A stretch of 64,000 bases of DNA from Phoronis australis (Eukaryota > Animalia > Phoronida): assembly GCA_002633005.1 (NCBI GenBank), contig NMRA01000022.1:362056-426055 (forward strand). Reading direction: 5' to 3'. Position numbers and translations under genes: made by a program. The notes beneath the pieces were generated by a model. The model was given only the letters and a program-made list of their open reading frames with translations, was not told the origin of the DNA and did no database searches. Positions 1 through 11,105 of the stretch are shown in pieces. How positions within the stretch are numbered: the first letter of the stretch is position 1; every line of letters starts with the position of its first letter.

Positions 1-699
1 TCAATTTGTCCGTAACTTGTCTTGCAAGAGATTTTTGGAATTTCTTGGAAGCAGTCTTGAAGATCTTGCATCCATGGTTTCACAAGCATAAACTCACTCA
101 ACATGCTCAGTGTCCCGTATTCTATTGCAAAGGATTCTGTTACGATTATCATAAAAATTTGCGTGCCAAGGAAACCCTTTGACCGTGACTGGATACACAA
201 TGTGCCTCTTATGGTGTTCCAGGGTTTAGTGTTTTGAAACAATACTGCATTTGCACAAGCTCTGGGTCTTCACAGACAACAATGCAACATTGTGACCGAC
301 ACGCCTCCTGTGAAGAGATACGAGTCGGCCATTTCAGAGGCTAGCATTTGTCCTCGTGAGTGGAGGGAGACAGGACTCTCACTGTATATGTAATTCATTT
401 TGTCAATCTCGGGCCAATCAGGGTCATGGAATTTTTAGTTGGAATTTAATGATAATGTCGTTTAATTGTGGTAATTCTATGTTTCTCATAGGAATAAGTT
501 TAATCATAAGTGGATGCAAGTCAACTAAACAATTGCTTATGACATTTTTTTCTGTTTTAATCATTTTATTTCTTTGTGGGTGAATCTTCTGTTGATTCTT
601 GACCTTAGGCTTTCAACTTCTAACTCGTGTTCCTCATATTTCAAAAGTTTAGTCGTCTGGACTTGCAAATGTGTTATGGTTAAACTAGTCGAGATTTTA

Positions 700-2200
700 A
701 CATCCATTTATAAATATTATATATATATATATATACATATACATGTATACAAATGTATAAAGTTTACTATTCTCAGTGAAACTCCAGCAGTTGACTCTGA
801 GATTTTGTACATTGTACAATAAATGTATTGAGAAATATTATTTTTGTGTAGTCTTGCTTCACGTAGCATAGAACCTGTATTGCAGTGACACTGTTGACTG
901 TTGATCCTGATCTTACTGTTTTGTGCCATATATAATCGTTGAAAAATACTGCTTGCAGGATGTACGTATTGTATGTAGTGCTGATTTTCATCACATTGAT
1001 TGACTGTTTCAAATGACTTTGAATAGTCACTAAAAACAGTGTTGTTATAGATGGAAATATTCAAGGGCATTATTACACATTTTCCTTACACTCATCCTGT
1101 CTAGTGAAAGTAAATACCCGTTGGTGGAAATTGAGGGCACTGCTTCATTGTGAAAAATTATTGCAACTAGAATCTCGGAATGGTGATATTGTGTTTTTTA
1201 GCTTAAACCGATTGTACATTGGTTTGTTCTAATAGCTGAATATGATTATTTAACAAAAGTATTGAGATTCAGCAATTTTGTGTTCAGTTAAATGCTTTTT
1301 GTATGTTGTTTTTGTAGAATGAATTTTAGGGGGACACACGTTTTCCGTCTTTAACTTACAATAACATTGTTTCAGTTTTAAACGAAGTGAGTAAGTGTAA
1401 ATCAGAGAAAAATCTAGAGTATCCATGACTTGCCATTGATGTAAACTCGTTTCTCACGTGATATGATGGTTTGAATTAAAAAATGTGTATAGTTTTAGTC
1501 TAGTCAAAGGTCGAAACAACGACCATAAATACCCCGTTGAATCGTGTGTCCTGACAACTGGGTGTCATGTGCGTGTGTTAGTGAGTGTGTTTGCTAAGGT
1601 TTGAGTTTCTTGCCTTTAATTTCCAAGCAGCCAACTGGCATCAGGACAGCATAATTACGATTGTGGACTTGATTCTTCTTGAATTTCCTTCGTTTATGTT
1701 TTTTGAAATTGCTGTTCTTTAGAATTTATTGCTGTATTCTTAATGTCACACGCTGTGCCTTGCATTAAAATCAAGTTAGCAGTAGTGAACTTCCCCCTTG
1801 AAGCAATCAATCAACTCGGTTCAGTAGATTGTGGTGTGATTTAGAAATACTGACTTATCATTTTAAAAACAATGTGAACCACGGCTTTCAACAATGGCAC
1901 TGCGTGGGACCTTGAATGTACAGTAAACACTCGCCTTCAGTCATAAAACAAAGTTTGATTTAGGAGGCTTACCATTATAAAATTATAAAATGGGCCTTTT
2001 CCTTAGTTTACCTAGAAAGGATTATTATAGCCTTCAGGGGCTTGTATCACGAAAAGTGACTTTAGACTCGAGTCAGAAAATTGGTTTTGCACTCCACACA
2101 ACTATTTTCAGCAACTGGGATGGTAAGACCAAAATTCTGTGTTTTAGTCTTAAGTCACTTTCATGAAACAGTCTTCGGGTGGTTTGCTCGTCACAGACAT
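700..2200 (-). mobile_element. Heavily decayed non-LTR retrotransposon (LINE) ORF2 remnant: APE endonuclease and start of RT
   Basis: Minus strand reads DFNARHSV* at 1772-1746 (APE GDFNAxHxxW motif) and VFSDYSKSFETVN at about 1040-1002 (RT xFxDxxKAFDxVxH motif), in the expected order. Many stops and frameshifts; boundaries approximate and a possible ORF1 remnant may extend to about 3500. Confidence 0.55.
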
Positions 2201-3789
2201 TGGTTTGGAAGAGCAAATCATTAATAGTCCTGTGAAGCTGTTTTTTATTCCAGAACCGAGTTTTAGCATCTTCATGTTTTCTGAGAAAATGCTGTCTTGT
2301 ATATCAGTCCCTGCCGACCAGTGGTCCAATGATTTTAGAATCACCTAACACGCTGAATCTGTTCCGCTTGTGTGAAAATGGCTACATAAGTCCCTGGTTA
2401 AAATCTACTAAGACAATGTTTTTATTAGCTTTTTGGAAATAACGTGTTCACGCAGTAGCAGTGTACATTATAACTGGCTCTAGTAGCCAGGACTAGTTGG
2501 GAGTTTTGAGAACAATTAAATGCCTGTGTACGTTCATTAGACTGGAAGGGAATGAGTTGCCTCTTGCAAAGGTTGGCTTGAGTACTGTTGAGGTCCACCG
2601 TTTATTACAGTTTAAGTCAATGTAGTCCTGATCTCACCTAAATTGGTGGTGCAGTTCGCAACAAAACCTGGGAAATTCCTGTCCTCATGTACCTACACAA
2701 CCCTCTTGTTTTTCTAAAACTCCCGAATTGTTGCTGTTTCTCCAGCTTCGCTAGAACTGCCAACATTGTGACTAGCTAACAGTTTTGTAGTGTGAAAGTG
2801 AATGTTTTAGTAAGTCACACAGGTGACTAAACGGTTTTAAGTATTAGAACATTTTCCCATGTAAATTGTGAGTGGGTATGTTCTATAGCCTCACAACTTT
2901 TAGTTTTACTGGCTGGCGGTAGACGGCGTCACTGATGACCCATACTGTTTTGACTGTTATTGTTTGTTTTTTGTGTTCTGACGGGCAGTATTCAAGATTC
3001 TGTTGCCATGATATCACCTGTACAAATAAAAGGTTGAATGTATGAAATGGATTCTTTCTTAAGTTGTCTCCGGATTATTCAAGAGAAAAACACAAGCGCT
3101 TTCGACTTTCAGTCAATAAAGCCTGCTATAGCTGGTTTGGAGTTTTGCAGCCCTCGGATATTTCATAGTTTGTTACTTTTGGGGGGTGAATCCTACTTTT
3201 CCCATTTTTTATCAAATTCAGGCCTTTTCCTGCTGTTTCGTCAAGATTTGTAAATGAGTAAATTTCTTGTTGGAGAAACATAGTTATCAGAAATGTTTAA
3301 TTGCACAATGGCTTTTATTTGACAGACGAACTGATATTCCAAGATTAAAGGCAGCTTGTGAGGAATAAGTGAGTGAAAGCTGGTCATGTGTTCCCCCCAG
3401 GCATTGACTGAGAGAAGAAGATGGAGACTGCCTGAAATCATTTGAAGAAGAAATAAATTTGGTCTTAGTTAGTGTTATAAATTCGGTGGGTCTGTTTGAT
3501 AGAGTTTCTTTGATTTTTGTATTTCCACGATAAAACTGATTGGGATAATACTACGCCACCACTCGTCTCTAGATTTAAATCGTCAAGTAGGTTTTTCAGG
3601 TAGTTAGCTTGGCGAATTTATGTTGTGTTGCGGCTCCCAGGAACACCTTATAAGCTTTTGCTGCCTAAACCGCGGCATGATCTGTGTGAAATATACATGA
3701 CATTGTGTATAACAACACTAAACAACTCGTCATTCAAGCGAATATCACCTGTACTGCGCCCTCTTAGGTCCAGATTAAGTTCATGTAGG

Positions 3790-3902
3790 TTGAAAATTGC
3801 CAATGTTTTTAAGAATGAGTTTCGTGGCGAAAATGATCCGCCGCAAATCACTGAACCGTGTCCAGTAAGTATCGTGACGGTGGTGGTGGGAAATAACACT
3901 GG
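3790..3902. repeat. Dispersed repeat fragment, second copy at about 30855-30966
   Basis: aaaattgc..aatgtttttaagaa.gagttt.gtg.cgaaaatgatc...cgtgtccagtaagta.cgtgac...ggtg.tgggaaataacactg is shared by both sites in the same orientation. Confidence 0.75.
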
Positions 3903-4179
3903 AGCGCCCTCCCTGAGAAAGACGGAGAAAGTATAGGTATTGGTAACTGCATTAAACGTAACGGGAATGCATAATTTAAACGTTATCTGTTTTGGTATTT
4001 AGATGCAATAACAACATTTAAGTCAAAAGTACACCGTACTACAAAATTAAAAGCGTATTCAATGGACGTTACGTCTGTGACTGTTAAATGTCGCGTCCAA
4101 ATTGAAACTCTGATCTCATTAATGCGGCATTGCGTGTGTGACGTCAACTTACTGATGAAGACTGAATTAGTCTTTTTAA

Positions 4180-6796
4180 ATATGGCACCGAAAGTACACG
4201 TCGGTGTATTAGCTGACTTGATGATATTTTTGAAGGCATATTTGTCAAAGTTTTTGAACTTTATCAAGCAACATATAGCATCAATCACAGAGAACCTCTT
4301 GGACATCATAACAGCAATAGCATCCAAAAAGGCATACTGGAAGATGTTGAGTATGGTGGCTTGAGTGAGGAAGACTTAGATTCAAGTATCACTTTGACCA
4401 AAGTGGATGGAAACGGACGAACCAGAACGGTTCACTATGAATATATTGGAGACATTCTCGATGACTTTCCAGCAAGTTCCACCATACAAACATCAGGAAA
4501 CAGCAGGAGCTGCAACCATTGATTCTGAATGAAAGCTCAAACACGGTGTCTTTCAGATACAGCAGATCATAGCAAAGGTAAACTGAATCAGAATAACGAC
4601 TTAATTGAAAACAGTGACATTGTCGAAAAGGGTGGCTCATTGCAACTGCAGGGAAAATGTAAAGAGAAAAAAGACAGCATATTGTCAGATCGAGGACTGG
4701 GATACATTGCTGACATAACGGCGACATCCCGTTGCTCCCAACTTGTTCGATTCTATAGCCCAGCAACAAGTTGGGAAGTTTACCCCCATAGCCAATATCT
4801 TACCCGACTAATAACTCCGTTCTGGCATTTAGTGGTTGGAGGGCCTGCGCTCTTTTGTTCGCCTAATTGCTCTAATCTCCGATCAGATCGTATCTAGCCC
4901 GTGACTGGACTGGGCTGATAAAAATGAAAGTTAAGTTATAACATATTTGAGCTTAAACCAATAGCATTTCTGAATAATCTTCGTCAAATGCTGATCAGTG
5001 TTCCGTTTCTGAATCACCAAAATCGCCCAACCACAACAGAAGTTAAGACAATCTATTCTGTCCAAACGGATTACCAACGTACTGAGTTTGACTGTGTTCA
5101 TACGCCTTCGGTAATAGCGTGCAACCACCATACGTTTCCTTTGAAGCCTGGGAGATAATTGGCCTGCTTGTTATCATACGGGACAAAAGACTGAGCTGGG
5201 CAGTTAACAAAAGAGCCAGATGTAATCGCACGTTCAGCACCCCTCACGTCTGGAAAAGTTACTGAACGACAGAACGCTGTAATGGATGCGACTGCTAACG
5301 AAGACGGTTGCGTATTTTAAAAATGACTGCGGAAGTAAGAAGGGACTCGTTTCTTAGATAGAAGGTACGAACGAGATCCCATAAAGGGTGATGTTGGATG
5401 AGTCATAAAGAGCGCTTTTGGAGCGAAGGACAGGGACAGGGTGTTCCCAAAGTAAATGACGGAAACGACAACGATGGCGATGATCAAAATGGCGAGGACA
5501 TGTCTGACGCTTCAATGAATGACAAGCGTGATTCTGGACCTGATATTATATGTGCAAAAAACGATCATGGCGGGTCTGACGCTTCACATGACAAGCTCTA
5601 TTCTATACATGGAATCCCATGTGAAAGTGGCGATCTTGAGCAAGATGTCAATTCTGGAAATGGTGATCCTGACCATGATACTTCGCATGAAAGCTGGGAT
5701 CCAGAGTATGATACTCCGCATGGAAATGGTGGCCCTGAGCATAATACTCCATATGAAAGCGGTGTTCGAGGACATGATACTCGGAATGGAGCCGGATTAT
5801 GATCCTAAGCATAATACTCCCTAAGTTGGTCATCTAGTAGGGCATGCCATTCAGAATGGAATTGGTCAACCTGAGTATAATACTCCGAATAAAAATGGTG
5901 ATACAGGGCAGGAAACTCCATATGAAATTGACGATCAAGGGTGTAATACTCGGTATGGAGATAAATTTGATTGAGGACATGATACTCCGTATGGAAATGG
6001 TGATTATGAGCATGGCATTCCGTGTGGAAATGATGTTCCTGACCATGATAGTCTGTTTGGAAACGTTATCGTCTACATGGAAATGGTGATTTTTGAGCAC
6101 GATAGTCAGTATGGAGATGGCGATCGTGAGCATGATACTCCATATGGAAAGAGTGGTCAAGAGCATGATACTCCTAATGGAATGGGTGGTCCAGGGAATG
6201 ATACTCCGTGTGGATGTGCTGATCCTAGCCATGATGCTTCGTATGGAAGTCGTGATCCTGTGCATAATACATCCTATGGAAATGTTAATCCGAGGCATGG
6301 TGCTCCACAAGAAAATGGTGACACTGAGCATGATGTTTCGTATAAAGAACAATGATCCTGAGCCGCTGACGCTCATAATGAGAATGGTGATCTTGGTCAA
6401 GAACTGTGTGAATAGTATGATCTTGAGCATGGCACACCGTATGAAAGTGGTGATCCCGACCAGAATCCGTATGAAAGTGGCGCTCCTGGGCACAACTATT
6501 CCTGTGAAAACCATGATCTGGGTCATGCAACTAGGTACAGAAATCCTGAGAATGATACTACGAATAAAAAAGACGATTCTGAGCATAATAATCCTTATCA
6601 AAATGGTGAACTTGTATGTAACACTTCTCGTGCAATTGCTGACCCTGTACATGATTCTCCTCCTTTTGTCCCGGGCATCAAACAAATTTTCAAACCGAAC
6701 CCGAAAGCCCTTTTGCAAATAAAGAGCGGCAACCATGTGGCACATGCAAGAACGACGGAAGATGTTACGAGTTTGTCACAGTGTTCCTATTTATAG
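4180..6796 (+). pseudogene. Decayed intronless ORF for an acidic low-complexity protein ending in 11-aa (EHDTPYGNGDP-like) tandem repeats
   Basis: Coding-like D/E/G/N-rich frames at about 4180-4730, 5398-5802 and 5834-6796. In-frame stops at 5972, 6353, 6359 and 6413, and a frameshift near 5800-5834. Whether the 4180-4730 piece belongs to the same gene is uncertain. Confidence 0.5.
5600..6660 (+). repeat. Degenerate 33-bp minisatellite, consensus about gagcatgatactccgtatggaaatggtgatcct
   Basis: Unit recurs roughly 25-30 times with 33-nt periodicity, e.g. gagcatgatactccatatggaaagagtggtcaa from 6128. Confidence 0.9.
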
Positions 6797-7987
6797 AATT
6801 ATTCCCTAAATACTCAATAGGACAGTATTAGTAATTTTATTACTGAAGATCGCGGATTTCAATATTAAGAATTGTAACAATTCGTCACTCATTTGTGTGC
6901 ACTTCATAGTTATCAGTAAACTTTACATGGCGTTTGATATTGAAAAGTGTGCGTGTTTTGAGATGACAAGGTACTTCGTGGAAATATTCCTTTAAATTTA
7001 ATCAATGAAATCCATTCGAATTCGTGGCGTGACAAGTGCAAAATTTGAAAGGCAGAAATATGCTATGATGAGCTCAAGTTTCACTACTTCAGACAAGGTG
7101 TAGAAGGTAAAATACAGACTAAATTGCGTTGTTCAAAATGGTTCTCTGCCACTGAAATAGAGGCCAAATTGTTGTACAGATATTTTACTGTTAATTTGGT
7201 AAAGATTTTGATTTTCTGTTGTTGTCTGCTCCTCACCTTGTAGATTTTTCCCACACGACTAATTACGTAGTCGTAGCTCACTTCTCTACGGAAAATCTGG
7301 CTTTTGATATTTAGATGTAAGCAAAGTAATGGCGATTTCAAACCGGATCCTGTCTGACTTCTTTGCATATATTAGTTGCGGATAATTTGAAAACTGAATT
7401 GAGATGAAATTTAAAAAAAATATTTCGTCTTTGTTTCAAAAATATTAAATCTAACGAAAAACCTTGCAATATCCAAAATGCATAGCATCTCTAACAAGTA
7501 CATTCACCCCCGATCTATTTTGCGAGTTTTCACATTCCTCTTAAAGGTGGCACTGTATGTGACTGGACGAAACCAAAAAAATTCCTCTCTGAGGAAATGA
7601 TAGGCCTACATTTTATGAGCCGCGAACCACCGTCATCTTTTGAAAACCATTGTTTTGGGTCATATTTCTGGGTGGAACTCTTTAGTTTTTACTTTTCATG
7701 TACATTCCTAAATAAACCTGATAAAAAATGGACGGAATGGAATTCATTGATTGCTTCAAGGGGAAAATTTGCGATTTCTCCACGTCACACGATGTGTGAG
7801 TTTATACTGAATGCCCTATAAACACACTTTTTGTCAAAAATGACTTTTGACTCAGACCAACAACGGTTATATGAAATTGGTCGTGAATTGTTTCTACCGC
7901 AACTAAACACGTGACTTTAGGGCTTGGGAACAACTGACAACTCATTATGGAGACCAGCCAGCCGTTCGATAGTAACGCTAAGACCTT

Positions 7988-8639
7988 AGGTGGCACTGAA
8001 CAGTTAGCCTGCGGCCGCGGCCAATTTCCACTCTCAAAATATTAAAATCTAGGGGTAGGCCAGGTTTGGGGGCATTTTTAGCTAGGTATTGTATGTAGGC
8101 CAAGTGAATTTGGTTTGTTTGTATTTGTGAACATGCTGAGAATTAAAAATTTCTCGGCTGTAACTGCACTCTTCCTCAAGATGGTGGCCCCCTGTTTCAG
8201 TTGTGCATTGTTGTGTAGCAACTGAGAAATTGGCCGCGATTTCAGGTAGCCCTCAAACAAGCCAGATTTGCAAAAAAACTAGTTGGTTGACAGAACTTTT
8301 GGACCACATTTTTGGAATCGGTAGGAAATTTGCTTTCGGAATCTAATGTTGGTTTTAGTCGAGCATCGGCAGGAAAGTGGTGGCTGGGGTGAAAAGTGCC
8401 GATTTTGCATTTTTTGTCCTTATTTTTCTTAGTCTAGCTTGGTTTTCACTGGGAGTGAAAGGGTCAAAAATACAAGAGAGAACAAAGTTTCTGTGCTCAT
8501 CTGTAGGGCTTGTGATGTGAAATGACTCAAAACTTTTCTTTATTTGCATGCAGTTTTTGACAGAGTGGATAAAGGGTGAAGAGTCCATTGACGTGTGTTC
8601 TGATACGCAAATCCCTGTGAGAACTGTTCAGTGCCTTCT
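7988..8639 (+). mobile_element. Non-autonomous TIR DNA transposon (MITE), possibly Kolobok-like; uninterrupted copy
   Basis: 18-bp imperfect TIRs aggtggcactgaacagtt / aactgttcagtgccttct. Close homologue at 37362-40354. A related end at 7541 reads TTAA|AGGTGGCACTG, which is the only basis for the Kolobok guess. Confidence 0.75.
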
Positions 8640-9455
8640 TACTAAAAAGCAAGACTTCGCGAGATTACGTGAGTTATTGCCGTGTATTTTAATCGAGAAC
8701 ACGTGATTTTGACTAGATTTAAACAAGATTCTAGCGTGAGTCCTAGCGTTACTGAACGCTAGCCAGGCTGACAAATTGGTTCGTCTCTGCGGTAATTTGA
8801 TGCGACCGGCATTGTCTTACTATCATTTTTTTCCAATCTTAGAAACTCCAATACGAAACAATTTGAGACGAGTTTCACACCGGAAATTTGTGTAAGTGGA
8901 ACACGAAAGTCTGAAACAGCTTTAAGGGTGACACCCAAATATGACACATTTCGAAACAATTCTCAGCCGAGGTATCTGTAAAGTCTTTGACATGACAAGA
9001 TTCACACAAATCCTGTCTACGAAATTAATGTATGGCCATTCGAAATCACTGCGTTCTTTTCTAGACCTAATGAACCCTGTTTCTGTGACGTCACCAAAAC
9101 TTGGCATCGGCGATACAGTTAGTACATGTATCTAACGGCATGTAAAAAGTATTCGAAAATTGTGATCCTTGACGATGAAGGTAAATACAAATTTAGAAAA
9201 AACATAGTTTCATCCGCAGGCCTCGAGGTAATTATTGTAATTACATTCATGTGCATGAGTTCCAGAGCAATCATATGTTTTGTCACCTAAACCCAACAAA
9301 TTGTACGCCTGTCACTCGCCTGTGGTAATTGTTCTTGAGTCGATAAATGTATCCAACAGCCTGGTATTTTTGCGGGCAAAGGGTAACTTGTCTGTCTGTG
9401 CGTCATTTCGGCAGCGAATTATAGATGCGCAGTTATCGTACGTAGAAAATACCTT

Positions 9456-9860
9456 CGGAGACACTGTACAGTTCCCACTGGGCTTTACACGGCAGTGCAC
9501 ACGTCACAGGACTTGTTGTCTTTCTTCTACTCTGTCGAAAATTCTATAAAAATTTGTTGTGAGTCGTTTCACATCAAAGTCGCTACACATGACCAAAGAA
9601 AATTTACTCTGTCTCATGTGTTTGCCCCTTTCACTTCCACCGAAAAAGTATGCGAGGCTCCGAAAATGGGAGACAAAAACACAAAATTGCCACAGTGTTT
9701 ATACCCAAACTACCACTTCCCTGGCAAAGCTAGACGTGAGCCAACAGTATATTTTGAAAGCTAATTTATCAGTTTCCAAAAGTGCGATCTAAAAGTGTTG
9801 CCACTCAACTAGATTTATTTTTTGCAATTCTGGGTTGTTTGAGGGCTACCTGAAATCGTA
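9456..9860 (-). mobile_element. Diverged, inverted partial copy of the 7988-8639 MITE family
   Basis: Reverse complement aligns with about 8237-8639, e.g. gtttgagggctacctgaaatcg versus cgatttcaggtagccctcaaac. Confidence 0.7.
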
Positions 9861-10087
9861 GATTTTTCAGTCGCTACAGGCGTCCGTTGAACAAGAGGAT
9901 TCATTCCCAGCACGTTTTCATGGTTAATCCATTGGTTCAGTTGTGTTGGTATTGAAATGATTATCTATTGTGGCAGATATATAGGTTATTGAATGGTTCT
10001 GGCGTTATTAAACGTATTACGTGGAACGAGATGGTTTTTAGAAATTATTTCTAAAAACCATCTAGAACCGATGAAAACTTTGAAATA

Positions 10088-10410
10088 AATAATGCTGACT
10101 GCACCACCACCTAATAATGCTGACTGCACCACCACCTAATAATGCTTGACTGCACCAACACCTAATAACCCGTAAAACTGTTCCATCCAATACGTAGGAC
10201 AAACTCAACATAATTTACAAACTCGGTATCATAATCATACATTTAATAGTTCATAAGAACATTTCTGTAACAATAGGTAATCATTTCAATCCCAAAAGCC
10301 TTAATCTACAAGTTCTTTGTGTACAAATTATAGAAAAACTACAATACCCCAATACCCCTCACAGACTCAAAAGATAACAATTTTGGATAGATAAACTTAA
10401 CACATAAAAA
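10088..10410 (+). mobile_element. Penelope-like element remnant (GIY-YIG endonuclease C-terminus) preceded by a 25-bp x3 tandem repeat
   Basis: Reads CSIQYVGQTQHNLQTRYHNH...IGNHFN...VQIIEKL...HRLKR*QFWIDKLNT, matching the PLE pattern YVGxTxxxLxxRxxxH...HFN...IIE...RExxWIxxL. Repeat unit taataatgctgactgcaccaccacc at 10088-10166. Confidence 0.7.
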
Positions 10411-11047
10411 CTTCTTAAATCATATCCTTTACTTTTTCCGCAACAATCTATAATTAACGCCAAATATCAGATGTCATTTGTCATATCGTGCTTGATTTTA
10501 CTTTGTTTCTGTTTCTGTTGAGAAACGATATCATTATATCAGAAAATTTCAATTGATCCATTATTGTTGTTTTACTTCCATGTGTACTCTCCACGGTGTC
10601 GTCCAACAATATTATCCTTCAAAGGATTTGGATCACCTCATTTAGTTTCAGATTAATTTTCTACGTTATTTGGTAAAAATGTATCTTAGCGTAAGCTTAT
10701 TCACTTGAAAATGTTCGTTTTTTACCAGCTTATCCCCATACATGTACAAACAAGTGAACGGGATTGGTCAACCCCCGGACCTCTTAGATTGCGTAAATTT
10801 GATGACCTTACGGAATGGTCACCGTGCTTGAGCTCAATAACCCTGCAGTCCGCAGTGCACAACTTTTCTAAAGAAGGTCGAGTCGAGTGCAGTGTGTAAC
10901 AACTGGAATAATACAGACCCATTGATAATAATAACTACATTTCAAAGTCGACTGCCCTTGGCCCGGATATCGACTTCAATATCAGCGAGCACAGTTGGAC
11001 AATCTACCGTACCTCAGAATTGTCAGACCACATAGGCAGATACGATC

Positions 11048-11105
11048 ATGCATTGCATGCGAGCGCTGAGAGAGTTGGTCGTTGTTTCCTTGGTAATATT
11101 TGCTG
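11048..11105 (+). CDS. CAP gene exon 1 (signal peptide MHCMRALRELVVVSLVIFA)
   Basis: ATG, hydrophobic core and consensus donor G|GTAAGT. Phase-1 join to 19873 gives ...VIFAETVES-RKC, a plausible signal peptidase site. Requires an 8.8-kb first intron. Confidence 0.7.

Noticed and set aside
5519-6722. Met/Ile/Leu-rich + strand ORFs (5519, 5844, 6093) as membrane proteins
   Set aside because: They are alternative frames of the 33-bp repeat (SMILRMEMVIL), with no independent gene signals.
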